From Prochlorococcus sp. AG-388-F11 (GTDB lineage Bacteria; Cyanobacteriota; Cyanobacteriia; PCC-6307; Cyanobiaceae), in NCBI GenBank assembly GCA_003279845.1, contig QCGP01000003.1, positions 86,456 to 150,455 of the forward strand: DNA of 64,000 nt. The letters run 5' to 3'. The notes below the pieces were generated by a model that was given only the letters and a program-made list of their open reading frames with translations, searched no databases and was not told the DNA's origin. Shown piece after piece: positions 10,279 to 19,098 of this stretch. Every line of letters starts with the position of its first letter. The stretch's first letter is position 1. Both the position numbers and the translations under genes were made by a program.

Positions 10279-11133
10279 TTACTTAAGAGATTTTATTTGT
10301 ATTGAGGTATTTAACCTTTTACTATCATTTGAAGGAATCATAATGTTTCTAAATCCATCAACAAAAGAATTTCGGGGACTAGTCCAAGGTTCGAGACATA
10401 TCATTCTTCTTGGAGGATCACTCCAAATAACGCCTAGATCAAAAGGATATGGATGATTTAAAGTTACCTCTCTTTTAAAAATTTTATCTCGAAAAGAGCT
10501 TCTACCGGAAGTGTACATAAGTAGATCAACTCCTAAATTAATATTATTTAATTCATCCAAAGTATTACTTATGATATTTTTTTCTTGATTCTGGCAATTT
10601 AATGGATTATCAAAAAACTCTAAATTTTTGAAATCTGAAATATTAAAATAAGGATGCAGTCCAAAATTTATTGGCATAGCAATATCAGTTTTATTATAAA
10701 TCGAAATTTGAAATTCTAAAAAGTTAATCTGTAAGGTAACTTCTATTCTTAGTTCGAAATCGAAAGGGTAATATTTTTTCGTTTTTTTAGATTCATTTAA
10801 AAATAAGCATAAAGATTTTTTATTTTCATTGAAGGAGTATTGCCATTGCAAATCCCTAGCGAAACCATGTTGTGTTAATTGCAAATAATTTTTTCCAAAT
10901 ACTGAACTAGAGATATTAAGATTTCCACAAATTGGGAACAAGATTGGAATGCCTCCCCTAATACTTTTTGTCTTATCCAAAAATCTTTTTTCATCGAAAT
11001 AAAGTATCTCTTTACCATCCGCAACCCAACTTGTAATAACACCTCCTCTTTCAGGGCAAAATTTGAAGTAGTTATTTTGATCTAATTGAAAGACAAAAGT
11101 TCCTGTTTCTTTATTAGATAATTTAATTAGCAA
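10279..11133 (-). CDS. Galactose mutarotase-like aldose / hexose-6-phosphate 1-epimerase
   Basis: IRGGIPILFP, HGFAR, GLHPYF and CLEPW. Confidence 0.9.
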   Translation of the reverse strand: MLIKLSNKETGTFVFQLDQNNYFKFCPERGGVITSWVADGKEILYFDEKRFLDKTKSIRGGIPILFPICGNLNISSSVFGKNYLQLTQHGFARDLQWQYSFNENKKSLCLFLNESKKTKKYYPFDFELRIEVTLQINFLEFQISIYNKTDIAMPINFGLHPYFNISDFKNLEFFDNPLNCQNQEKNIISNTLDELNNINLGVDLLMYTSGRSSFRDKIFKREVTLNHPYPFDLGVIWSDPPRRMICLEPWTSPRNSFVDGFRNIMIPSNDSKRLNTSIQIKSLK

Positions 11134-11142
11134 AATTGTTAT

Positions 11143-12042
11143 TTAAAGAGAATCAACCCAATCCAAAATATGCTGATTAACTAATTCAGGTATTTCATCA
11201 TGAGGACAATGTCCAGCATCAAGAATGATTTCTTTTGTATTCTTTGGTGTAAATTTTTTATATAGATTTCTTTTCTTTGGAGTGTTCATCCAAGGATCTT
11301 TGCCTCCCCATAGCAGTAATAATGGTGAATCGAGTTTTGAGAATAGCTTGTCCAACGGCAAGCCCTGAGGACCTGATGGGTTAAACACACTTCTAAAAAC
11401 ATTAAAAGCTCCATAATCTAGTGAAGGCTTTCTTATTGACTCAACTAAAAAATCATCGACATTTTTTTTATCAAAATAAACTTGATTTAAAGTTTTTTTA
11501 ATATTTTTTGGATTTCTCATATTCTCAAAAATCAAACGTTGAAGAACAATATTTTTCAAAAATATGCCGGCAACTGTTTCAATTGAAGTTTTCAACATAT
11601 TCTTTTTGATAGTTTTTTCTTCACTAAAATATCCCGCAGCATTAAGTAATATCACTCCTGCGTTTAGTTCATTTAATTCTGAACCAGCTGCTAATGCTGC
11701 ATAACCACCTAATGAATTTCCAACAACAATTGTAGGTTTTTTAATTTTCTCCTTTACATAAGCGACAACCTGATCTTTCCATAAAGATCCTGAGTATTCA
11801 ACATCTTGAGGCTTAGGACTTTTTCCAAAACCAAGTAAATCCATAGCATGAACTTCGTATTTTTTACTCAAAATAGGGATATTGAATCTCCAATGATCCG
11901 TAGAAGCTCCGAAACCATGAATTAACAATATTGCACATTCGTTTGATGTTTCCTCAGGCTTAGCAGAAACAGTATGTATTGGGTAATTTAAAAAATTCCA
12001 GTCATAATTTACATCATTATCTATCAAAGCTGATTTTTCCAT
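11143..12042 (-). CDS. Alpha/beta-fold hydrolase
   Basis: HGFGAS, GNSLGG nucleophile elbow, GHCPHDE. Confidence 0.92.
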   Translation of the reverse strand: MEKSALIDNDVNYDWNFLNYPIHTVSAKPEETSNECAILLIHGFGASTDHWRFNIPILSKKYEVHAMDLLGFGKSPKPQDVEYSGSLWKDQVVAYVKEKIKKPTIVVGNSLGGYAALAAGSELNELNAGVILLNAAGYFSEEKTIKKNMLKTSIETVAGIFLKNIVLQRLIFENMRNPKNIKKTLNQVYFDKKNVDDFLVESIRKPSLDYGAFNVFRSVFNPSGPQGLPLDKLFSKLDSPLLLLWGGKDPWMNTPKKRNLYKKFTPKNTKEIILDAGHCPHDEIPELVNQHILDWVDSL

Positions 12043-12085
12043 TTATTGAAAATTCTATATTTTTTGATTCTAATAAACTTATTTG

Positions 12086-13453
12086 CTAAAGAAGACCCAC
12101 AGGATCAGCTGCAACATCATCTGAAATTTTATTGCCATCGTTTGGGGGCTTATCTTTTAGAACAATTCTCAAGAGAACAGGCGCAAGAAATGTAGTTCCA
12201 ATAACCATTAATAAAATAGCTGCTTCAAGAGAAGGAGTTAACAACTTAGCACTTGTTCCTAGCCCAAGAAAAATTAAACCAACCTCTCCTCTAGGCATCA
12301 TACCTAAACCTACAACTAATCTATTTGTAGGTTTATCACTTGAAAATACCCATCCGGCTGCAATTTTTCCAATAATCGCAACAACTAATAAAAATCCCGC
12401 AACTACAAGAGCTGATCTACTTGTTGGATCCAGTGGATTGATAACTGATAAATCCATTCCAGCTCCAACTAACACAAAGAAAATAGTTGCGAATAAAGAA
12501 ACTAAAGGTAAAACAGATTGTTGTATTGCATGATTATTTTTAGAACTACTTAGTATTAATCCAGCAGCAAAAGCACCTAAAGCAGCTTCTAAGCCAATTG
12601 CTGTTGCTACAAAGCAACACAAAACAAGTATCACAAAAGAGGCCACCACTACAGCTCCCGGAGCTTTTAATCTGTCTAAAAGCCAATCAAAACCTGGAGC
12701 GGCTGTTCGACTTAATGCAATAGCAGCAATAACAAATACTACTGCTGCTGCTACCAATTTAACTATAGGAGCAATTTCCAAAGAACCTCCCGCAGCAAGA
12801 GCTACAACAACTGCGAGAATAACAATACCCAAAATATCATCTAGAACTGCCGCACCAATAACAATCTGTCCTTCTCTAGTTTTCAAATATCCTAATTCAC
12901 CGAAAACGCTTGCAGTGATGCCTATACTTGTTGCAGTCATAGATGCTCCTGCAAAAACTGCTGGAATTAGATCTACCTGAAAGATAAACATTAATCCAAG
13001 AGTTCCAAAAGCAAAAGGTAAAATAACTCCAGCCATAGCAACAGTAAAAGCCTGAGCACCAACAGCTACCAATTCCTCTAATTCACTTTCTAATCCTGTC
13101 AAAAACAAAAGAGCATATAACCCTAAGGTTGCAACAGCTTGAAGCGAAGGAAAACTCTCAAAATAAACATCTGGTACTGCTTCTGGGGGTATTGAAGCTA
13201 ATGAACTAATGACGTTTACTAATCCTTCATTTAATTCAGTCCCAGCAGAAGGTGGAATTAACAAATGGAACCCTGAAGCACCAATGACTACACCTGCAAG
13301 CAACTCACCAACAATAGTAGGTAGACTTAACCTAACTAGTACTTCAGCTAATGCTCTGGCTGCTAAAAATATTAATAGAAATCTAATAACTCCTATCAGC
13401 GTCTCAGCAACTTCTAAATCATGTGCACTTAATTCAGCGAGTAAAGAATACAT
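12086..13453 (-). CDS. Na+/H+ antiporter, CPA2 family (NhaS3-like)
   Basis: Many hydrophobic segments, ATSIGIT, GAAVLDDILG and GMMPRGEVGL. Confidence 0.92.
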   Translation of the reverse strand: MYSLLAELSAHDLEVAETLIGVIRFLLIFLAARALAEVLVRLSLPTIVGELLAGVVIGASGFHLLIPPSAGTELNEGLVNVISSLASIPPEAVPDVYFESFPSLQAVATLGLYALLFLTGLESELEELVAVGAQAFTVAMAGVILPFAFGTLGLMFIFQVDLIPAVFAGASMTATSIGITASVFGELGYLKTREGQIVIGAAVLDDILGIVILAVVVALAAGGSLEIAPIVKLVAAAVVFVIAAIALSRTAAPGFDWLLDRLKAPGAVVVASFVILVLCCFVATAIGLEAALGAFAAGLILSSSKNNHAIQQSVLPLVSLFATIFFVLVGAGMDLSVINPLDPTSRSALVVAGFLLVVAIIGKIAAGWVFSSDKPTNRLVVGLGMMPRGEVGLIFLGLGTSAKLLTPSLEAAILLMVIGTTFLAPVLLRIVLKDKPPNDGNKISDDVAADPVGLL

Positions 13454-13605
13454 TTGAAATGCGAGAAAAAAAACTACCTAATTGGAAGATAGTTTATTGA
13501 GGGCCCACTTTAATAAATATGTAAAAAAAAAGCAAAAATACTCAACAAGTGTGGATCTGAAGTTACAACAAAGAAATTTTCAAAAAAATGGCTATTGTCT
13601 GATAT

Positions 13606-16152
13606 ATGGCTACTTCAACGAATCCCAACGAACCTTTTGATCTACGCTTGCCCACACCAGGCTGCTATTTAGATCCTGAAAAAGCTGGCATGGATTCCGA
13701 TGCTGTTTTCCAAGGAATGACAGCACATCTTTTTTATACCCTTGGAAAGTTGGCGACTTCTGCAAGTCCTCACGACTTATATATGGCATTAAGTTACGCA
13801 GTTAAAGATAGGTTAATGACAAGGTATTTAGCCAGTCAAGAAGTGATAAGAAAAAAACCTCAAAAAACTGTAGCTTATTTATCAGCAGAATTTTTAATAG
13901 GTCCTCAATTAAGTAATAACCTCTTAAATCTTGGCATAACCCAAGAAGCTGAAGATGCTTTAAAAAGGTTTGGAATCGAATCTCTATCAACAATTCTTGA
14001 AGTGGAAGAAGAGCCTGGTTTAGGTAATGGTGGACTTGGCAGACTTGCAGCATGTTATATGGAATCCCTAGCATCTCTACAAGTTCCAGCAGTTGGCTAT
14101 GGTATTCGGTACGAATTCGGCATTTTCAACCAGTTAATTAGAGATGGTTGGCAAGTTGAAGTAACTGATAAATGGCTAAAAGGTGGATGGCCATGGGAAC
14201 TTCCACAACCTGACGAATCATGTTTTGTCGGATTTGGAGGTAGAACTGAAAGTTATAGAGATGACAAAGGTAACTACAGATCAAGATGGATACCTTCAGA
14301 GCATGCTATTGGAGTTCCTCATGATGTGCCAGTCTTGGGTTATAGAGTAAATACATGTGACAGACTAAGATTATGGAGAGCTGATGCAACAGAAAGCTTT
14401 GATTTTTATGCGTTTAATATTGGTGATTATTATGGAGCAGTAGAAGAAAAAGTTGCTTCTGAAACTCTTTCTAAAGTTTTATACCCAAACGATGGAACTG
14501 ATGAAGGTAGAAGGTTAAGACTAAAACAACAACACTTTTTCGTAAGTTGTTCGCTTCAGGATATGTTAAGAAGCCTCGAAAAAAGATCAATACCAATAAC
14601 AGAATTTCCACAACATTGGACAGTTCAGTTAAATGATACTCATCCTGCAATTGCAGTGGCAGAATTAATGAGACTTCTTATTGACCAATACCAAATAGGT
14701 TGGGAAAAAGCTTGGAATATAACAACCTCTTCAGTTGCTTATACTAATCACACATTACTACCAGAAGCTTTAGAGAAATGGGATTTGGGTCTATTTAATG
14801 ATCTTCTTCCAAGGCATCTTGAGATTATTTATGAAATTAATTGGAGATTTTTACAACAATTAAGACTACGTTATCCAGGCAACGACAAAATCCTCCAAAA
14901 ACTATCAATAATTGATGAAGAAGGCTCTAAATCAGTAAGAATGGCTCACTTAGCCACAATTGGAGCCCATCATATAAATGGTGTCGCTGCTCTACACTCA
15001 GATTTAATAAAAAGACAACTTCTGCCTGAATTTGCAAAACTTTGGCCTGAAAAATTCACAAATGTTACTAATGGAGTTACTCCAAGAAGATGGGTTGCCC
15101 TCTCAAATCCTTCTTTATCTAATCTTCTAGAAAAAGAAGTAGGTCCTGACTGGATAACCAATATGGAACTTCTGACAAAATTAGAAGAAAAAAAAGATGA
15201 TAATAATTTTTTACAAAAATTTGAAGAAACCAAATTAAATGGCAAACGAAAGCTAGCAAGTTATATTCATTCAAAAACAAACATACTTGTAGATCCATCA
15301 AGTTTGTTTGATGTTCAAGTCAAGAGAATTCATCAATATAAAAGGCAACATCTTAACGCCTTACAAATTATTGCTCAATATATAAGAATTAAAAATGGTT
15401 CAAACAACTATGAAGTACCAAGAACAATAATATTTGGAGGTAAAGCTGCTCCAGGTTATTTCATGGCAAAACTTATGATTAGATTCATTAACGGTATTGC
15501 CGATGTAGTTAATTCTGATCCAGATATGGATGGGCTTTTAAGAGTTGTTTTTTTACCAGACTATAATGTGAAGCTTGGTGAAATCGTTTATCCTGCAACA
15601 GATCTTTCAGAACAAATTTCAACTGCAGGTAAAGAGGCATCTGGAACTGGAAATATGAAGTTCGCAATGAATGGAGCTTTGACTATTGGAACATTAGATG
15701 GGGCTAATGTGGAATTAAGAGATCTTGTAAAAAAAGAGAATTTCTTTCTTTTTGGAAAAACTGAAAGTGAAATTATGGATTTAAAAAATAATAATTATTC
15801 ACCTAGGACTTTTATTGATGATTGTCCGGAGCTAAAAGAGGTCATTCGTCTTATTGAAATTGGTCACTTTAGTAACGGGGATAAAGAATTATTTAAACCT
15901 TTATTGAATAGCTTGACTGGTCATGACCCATTTTTTGTGATGGCTGACTTTGAAGACTTCTTAAATAAACAAGATGAAGTTAGTAAATGCTGGAATAATA
16001 AAAAGTCATGGAATAAAATGGCATTGTTGAATACCGCAAGATCAGGATATTTTTCATCAGATAGATCTATCAGAGAGTATTGCAAATCAATTTGGAAAGT
16101 CTCTCCAATGCCAGTAGAGATTACATGCGATGTAGAAGAATTAACTAATTAA
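13606..16152 (+). CDS. glgP: Glycogen phosphorylase
   Basis: LGNGGLGRLAAC, QLNDTHP and the PLP site EASGTGNMKF. Confidence 0.98.
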   Translation: MATSTNPNEPFDLRLPTPGCYLDPEKAGMDSDAVFQGMTAHLFYTLGKLATSASPHDLYMALSYAVKDRLMTRYLASQEVIRKKPQKTVAYLSAEFLIGPQLSNNLLNLGITQEAEDALKRFGIESLSTILEVEEEPGLGNGGLGRLAACYMESLASLQVPAVGYGIRYEFGIFNQLIRDGWQVEVTDKWLKGGWPWELPQPDESCFVGFGGRTESYRDDKGNYRSRWIPSEHAIGVPHDVPVLGYRVNTCDRLRLWRADATESFDFYAFNIGDYYGAVEEKVASETLSKVLYPNDGTDEGRRLRLKQQHFFVSCSLQDMLRSLEKRSIPITEFPQHWTVQLNDTHPAIAVAELMRLLIDQYQIGWEKAWNITTSSVAYTNHTLLPEALEKWDLGLFNDLLPRHLEIIYEINWRFLQQLRLRYPGNDKILQKLSIIDEEGSKSVRMAHLATIGAHHINGVAALHSDLIKRQLLPEFAKLWPEKFTNVTNGVTPRRWVALSNPSLSNLLEKEVGPDWITNMELLTKLEEKKDDNNFLQKFEETKLNGKRKLASYIHSKTNILVDPSSLFDVQVKRIHQYKRQHLNALQIIAQYIRIKNGSNNYEVPRTIIFGGKAAPGYFMAKLMIRFINGIADVVNSDPDMDGLLRVVFLPDYNVKLGEIVYPATDLSEQISTAGKEASGTGNMKFAMNGALTIGTLDGANVELRDLVKKENFFLFGKTESEIMDLKNNNYSPRTFIDDCPELKEVIRLIEIGHFSNGDKELFKPLLNSLTGHDPFFVMADFEDFLNKQDEVSKCWNNKKSWNKMALLNTARSGYFSSDRSIREYCKSIWKVSPMPVEITCDVEELTN

Positions 16153-16606
16153 GATTTTTCTTATCAGGGAAATCTGGAGTTTGATGAAATAATCTATTCA
16201 AGATTAATCTATCTACGTTTAATGGATCAGGTGCCACTTCATTTGCGATTTCTTTAAATTTTGATTCAATATTGTTTGAAATTTTTATATCAACAATTCT
16301 TTCCATTAGAGCTTCAATAGCGTATAAATAGGCATTAACACTTTCAAGGTCATCTAACGCTTCAGAAATTTCTATATCAGAAATGTGTTTTTCTTCTAAA
16401 CTAGGATCTTCTTTTGACTCTCTTTGAGATAATTGTCCCTGCAATTCATTAGTAACTTTAATAATAAGAGTTCTGAAAGATTGAATTGATGCCCAATTCA
16501 ACTCTTGTTGGTGCTTAAAAGTAGGAAATTCCCTAATCAGACGATCATGCTCTTTATAAAATCGCTGACAATCAGCGCACTGACATATTTCTTCAGTCAA
16601 AAGCAA
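16145..16606 (-). CDS. Conserved hypothetical protein with an N-terminal CxCxxC
   Basis: 153-aa ORF with TTG start and CQCADC. Start uncertain. Confidence 0.65.
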   Translation of the reverse strand: MLLTEEICQCADCQRFYKEHDRLIREFPTFKHQQELNWASIQSFRTLIIKVTNELQGQLSQRESKEDPSLEEKHISDIEISEALDDLESVNAYLYAIEALMERIVDIKISNNIESKFKEIANEVAPDPLNVDRLILNRLFHQTPDFPDKKNLN

Positions 16607-16631
16607 AAATAACTCTTCTTACATCATCTCA

Positions 16632-16964
16632 CTATTTAGGCATAATTGTAGGACCATCCAATAATTCGTCATTTTCATCAAGTGAATCTGGACTATCTGG
16701 CAAAGGTATCTCAATACTAGTAACTAAGTTTATAACATCTCTTAATCTCATAGAATCAGCAAACCATCCCATTGCTTGTTCAGCATCTCCTCTTTTTTCA
16801 GCATCATTTGCTTGATCTTCGTGGGCTTCAGCCAATAAAGCAAGCCAGCACAAACATCTTGCTTGAACTATAGAAAGATCTAAATCATTAGGTTGGGATT
16901 TTGAAATACGTTCATGCTCTTGTTGGATTAAGAGCTTTAATCGCATATCATGCAGCTTAGCCAT
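16632..16964 (-). CDS. Conserved picocyanobacterial hypothetical protein (helical, acidic tail)
   Basis: 110-aa ORF with ATG start, preceded by a TATAAT -10 element. Confidence 0.75.
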   Translation of the reverse strand: MAKLHDMRLKLLIQQEHERISKSQPNDLDLSIVQARCLCWLALLAEAHEDQANDAEKRGDAEQAMGWFADSMRLRDVINLVTSIEIPLPDSPDSLDENDELLDGPTIMPK

Positions 16965-16980
16965 AAGAGATTTATTACTA

Positions 16981-16986
16981 ATTATA
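16981..16986 (-). promoter_or_regulatory. Candidate -10 box (TATAAT) for the 16964 operon
   Basis: Perfect TATAAT on the minus strand, 16 nt upstream of the ATG. Confidence 0.5.
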
Positions 16987-17016
16987 CGCTAGCTAGAGAG
17001 TAGCAAAATTGCACAC

Positions 17017-17032
17017 ATACTACATATAGTTT
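17017..17032. promoter_or_regulatory. Candidate NrdR box
   Basis: ATACTACATATAGTTT (minus strand AAACTATATGTAGTAT) fits the acaCwAtATaTwGtgt consensus core. A weaker copy starts 31 bp away at 16986. Confidence 0.35.
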
Positions 17033-17042
17033 ATTAATTTAA

Positions 17043-17116
<74 letters not shown>

Positions 17117-17154
17117 AATAGATGTTTTTTGAAGTAATAAGCACTATGCTAAAT

Positions 17155-17534
17155 GAAAGCAGGAGAGGCAATCGCAAAAAAGTTTTATTTTGGAAACAAA
17201 ATAAAACTTTTTTGAGGAAAGTCCGGGCTCCCACATGGTCAGGCTTGCTGGGTAATTCCCAGTGCGGGTAACCGTGAGGATAGTGCCACAGAAACATACC
17301 GCCTAATACTTCAAAAGTATGGCAAGGGTGCAATGGTGCGGTAAGAGCGCACCAGCAACATTGAGAAGTGTTGGCTAGGTAAACCCCGGCTGGGAGCAAG
17401 GCTTAGTAGATTAATGGCCATTGCATAATCTTCTTAAAAGCGCCGCTTGAGACTGTGAAGTAATTCCAGCCCTAGATAGATGATTGCCCATCTTTTTTCA
17501 AGATGAACAGAACCCGGCTTATGACCTGCTTTTT
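17155..17534 (+). ncRNA. rnpB: RNase P RNA (class A)
   Basis: GAGGAAAGTCCGGGCTC, AGTGCCACAGAAA, GGTAAACCCC and ACAGAACCCGGCTTAT conserved blocks. P1 is AAAGCAGG/CCTGCTTT. Ends approximate. Confidence 0.97.
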
Positions 17535-17558
17535 AAATTGTTGAGACTATCTAATCAT

Positions 17559-18308
17559 ATGACGAACATTATTAATGAAAATAGAATTAATCAAATAATT
17601 ACTTTTTTGAATTCTTTAAAAATAAGATCCAAAAGATTATCTATCATTCTTAGAGCAAAAAAAATTTCAGTAATCCAAAATTTTAATCAAGCACTAACTC
17701 ATTCCTCAGATAACAAAATAATAAATTACGAAAAATTAGAATTCTTTGGAGATGCAGTACTAAGATTAGCTGCTTCAAATTTTATTGAAAAAAAATATCC
17801 TCAAATGAGTGTAGGAGAAAGATCAGAGCTAAGAGCTCAAATTGTAAGTGATGAATGGTTAACTAAATTAGGGGAAAAAATTGGGATAGAGAAATTAATA
17901 ATTAAAGGGCCTAAAGCTCTTGGTGATGAAAATTCAAAAAACACCATTATTGGAGAAGCTACAGAGGCTTTAATAGGTGCCATTTATAAAAGCTTTGATT
18001 CAATTCAGGAAGTAAATCTATGGCTAGATGAAATGTGGGAAGAAGATTCAGAAATGTTTTTAAAAGCTCCATATAAATTCAAATCTAAAACAGTATTGCA
18101 AGAGTGGTGTCAAAGTAAAGGTATTAATTTGCCAGTATATAAAATAATTGAAATCTCTAAAAAAAATGGGGATCCAAAGAGATTTTCTTGCGATATATTT
18201 ATCGAAGGATTAAAAGAATCATCTGCATTTGGCAAATCCCATAAACAAGCAGAAACAAATGCAGCAAAGTATTTGATAGAAAAATATATAAATGTTGGTA
18301 AGATCTAA
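17559..18308 (+). CDS. rnc: Ribonuclease III
   Basis: EKLEFFGDAVL signature and C-terminal dsRBD (KTVLQEWCQ ... KQAETNAA). Start moved to the ATG at 17559 because the ORF-track start lies inside rnpB. Confidence 0.95.
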   Translation: MTNIINENRINQIITFLNSLKIRSKRLSIILRAKKISVIQNFNQALTHSSDNKIINYEKLEFFGDAVLRLAASNFIEKKYPQMSVGERSELRAQIVSDEWLTKLGEKIGIEKLIIKGPKALGDENSKNTIIGEATEALIGAIYKSFDSIQEVNLWLDEMWEEDSEMFLKAPYKFKSKTVLQEWCQSKGINLPVYKIIEISKKNGDPKRFSCDIFIEGLKESSAFGKSHKQAETNAAKYLIEKYINVGKI

Positions 18309-18311
18309 TTT

Positions 18312-18497
18312 CTAAACAATTTCTAAATTAGTTAACTGAAAAGTTATGAGTTTATCCCAATTACCTCCCTCAAAAAGAACTGCTGCTGTTTTTTTTGTAA
18401 CTCTTTGTACAAACCCTTTATATCCTCGATATATAGAATTAGTATCTTTTACAACAACAAAAGAACCTGGGAGTATGGGTTTAGTTGATAATTCCAT
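18312..18497 (-). CDS. ndhS: NDH-1 subunit NdhS
   Basis: ILPG...GFVQRV...AAVLFEGGNWDKLITF. Confidence 0.93.
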   Translation of the reverse strand: MELSTKPILPGSFVVVKDTNSIYRGYKGFVQRVTKKTAAVLFEGGNWDKLITFQLTNLEIV

Positions 18498-18521
18498 TAA
18501 AAACTCTAATTAATACAATAT

Positions 18522-19061
18522 ATGATAAATAAAAATGAATGGTTGGTTGTTGGATTAATTACATCATGTCATGGAATTAATGGACAAGTAAAGGTTAAAT
18601 CTCTAAGTGATTTTGAAGAAAGATTTTTACAACCGGGAACAAGATGGCTACAGAAAGAAAATGAATCACCTTCAGAAATAGAACTAATCTCTGGATATAG
18701 GCAACCTGGGAAAGAAAACTTCATAATTAAGTTCAAAGGAATAAGTACTAGAAATAATGCAGAGCAACTAAAAAAATTTAAAGTTCTGGTAAAAACAAAT
18801 AAACTTCCAAAATTAAAAAAAAATGAATTTCATTTATTGGAACTTGTGAATTTGGAAGTCAAGACTTTCAAGAATGAAGAATTAAAAGTAATTGGCAAAG
18901 TTATTAATTTAGAAAATGAGCAAAACAATTTACTTATTATTGAACTATTTAAAAATAAGAAAAAAGTTTTTATACCATTTGTGAAAGAAATAGTCCCATT
19001 AATCGATATAAAAAATAATTTTTTGATCATCGATCCTCCCAAAGGATTGCTAGAACTATGA
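18522..19061 (+). CDS. rimM: Ribosome maturation factor RimM
   Basis: VG.I...[18 protein letters not shown] and PPKGLLEL. Confidence 0.95.
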   Translation: MINKNEWLVVGLITSCHGINGQVKVKSLSDFEERFLQPGTRWLQKENESPSEIELISGYRQPGKENFIIKFKGISTRNNAEQLKKFKVLVKTNKLPKLKKNEFHLLELVNLEVKTFKNEELKVIGKVINLENEQNNLLIIELFKNKKKVFIPFVKEIVPLIDIKNNFLIIDPPKGLLEL

Positions 19062-19098
19062 ATTTCTAGATAAAATACCAAAATTTAAAGTAACTGAA

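Noticed and set aside
12132-12533. Antisense or alternative-frame ORFs inside core genes (also 4747, 7559, 8025, 8580, 13209, 13802, 14970, 19763, 20210, 22074, 34718, 41696, 55871, 60330 and others)
   Set aside because: They are shadows of well-supported genes and show no recognisable motifs.
17484-17558. N-terminal extension of rnc in the ORF track
   Set aside because: It lies within the 3' end of rnpB. The ATG at 17559 is the plausible start.
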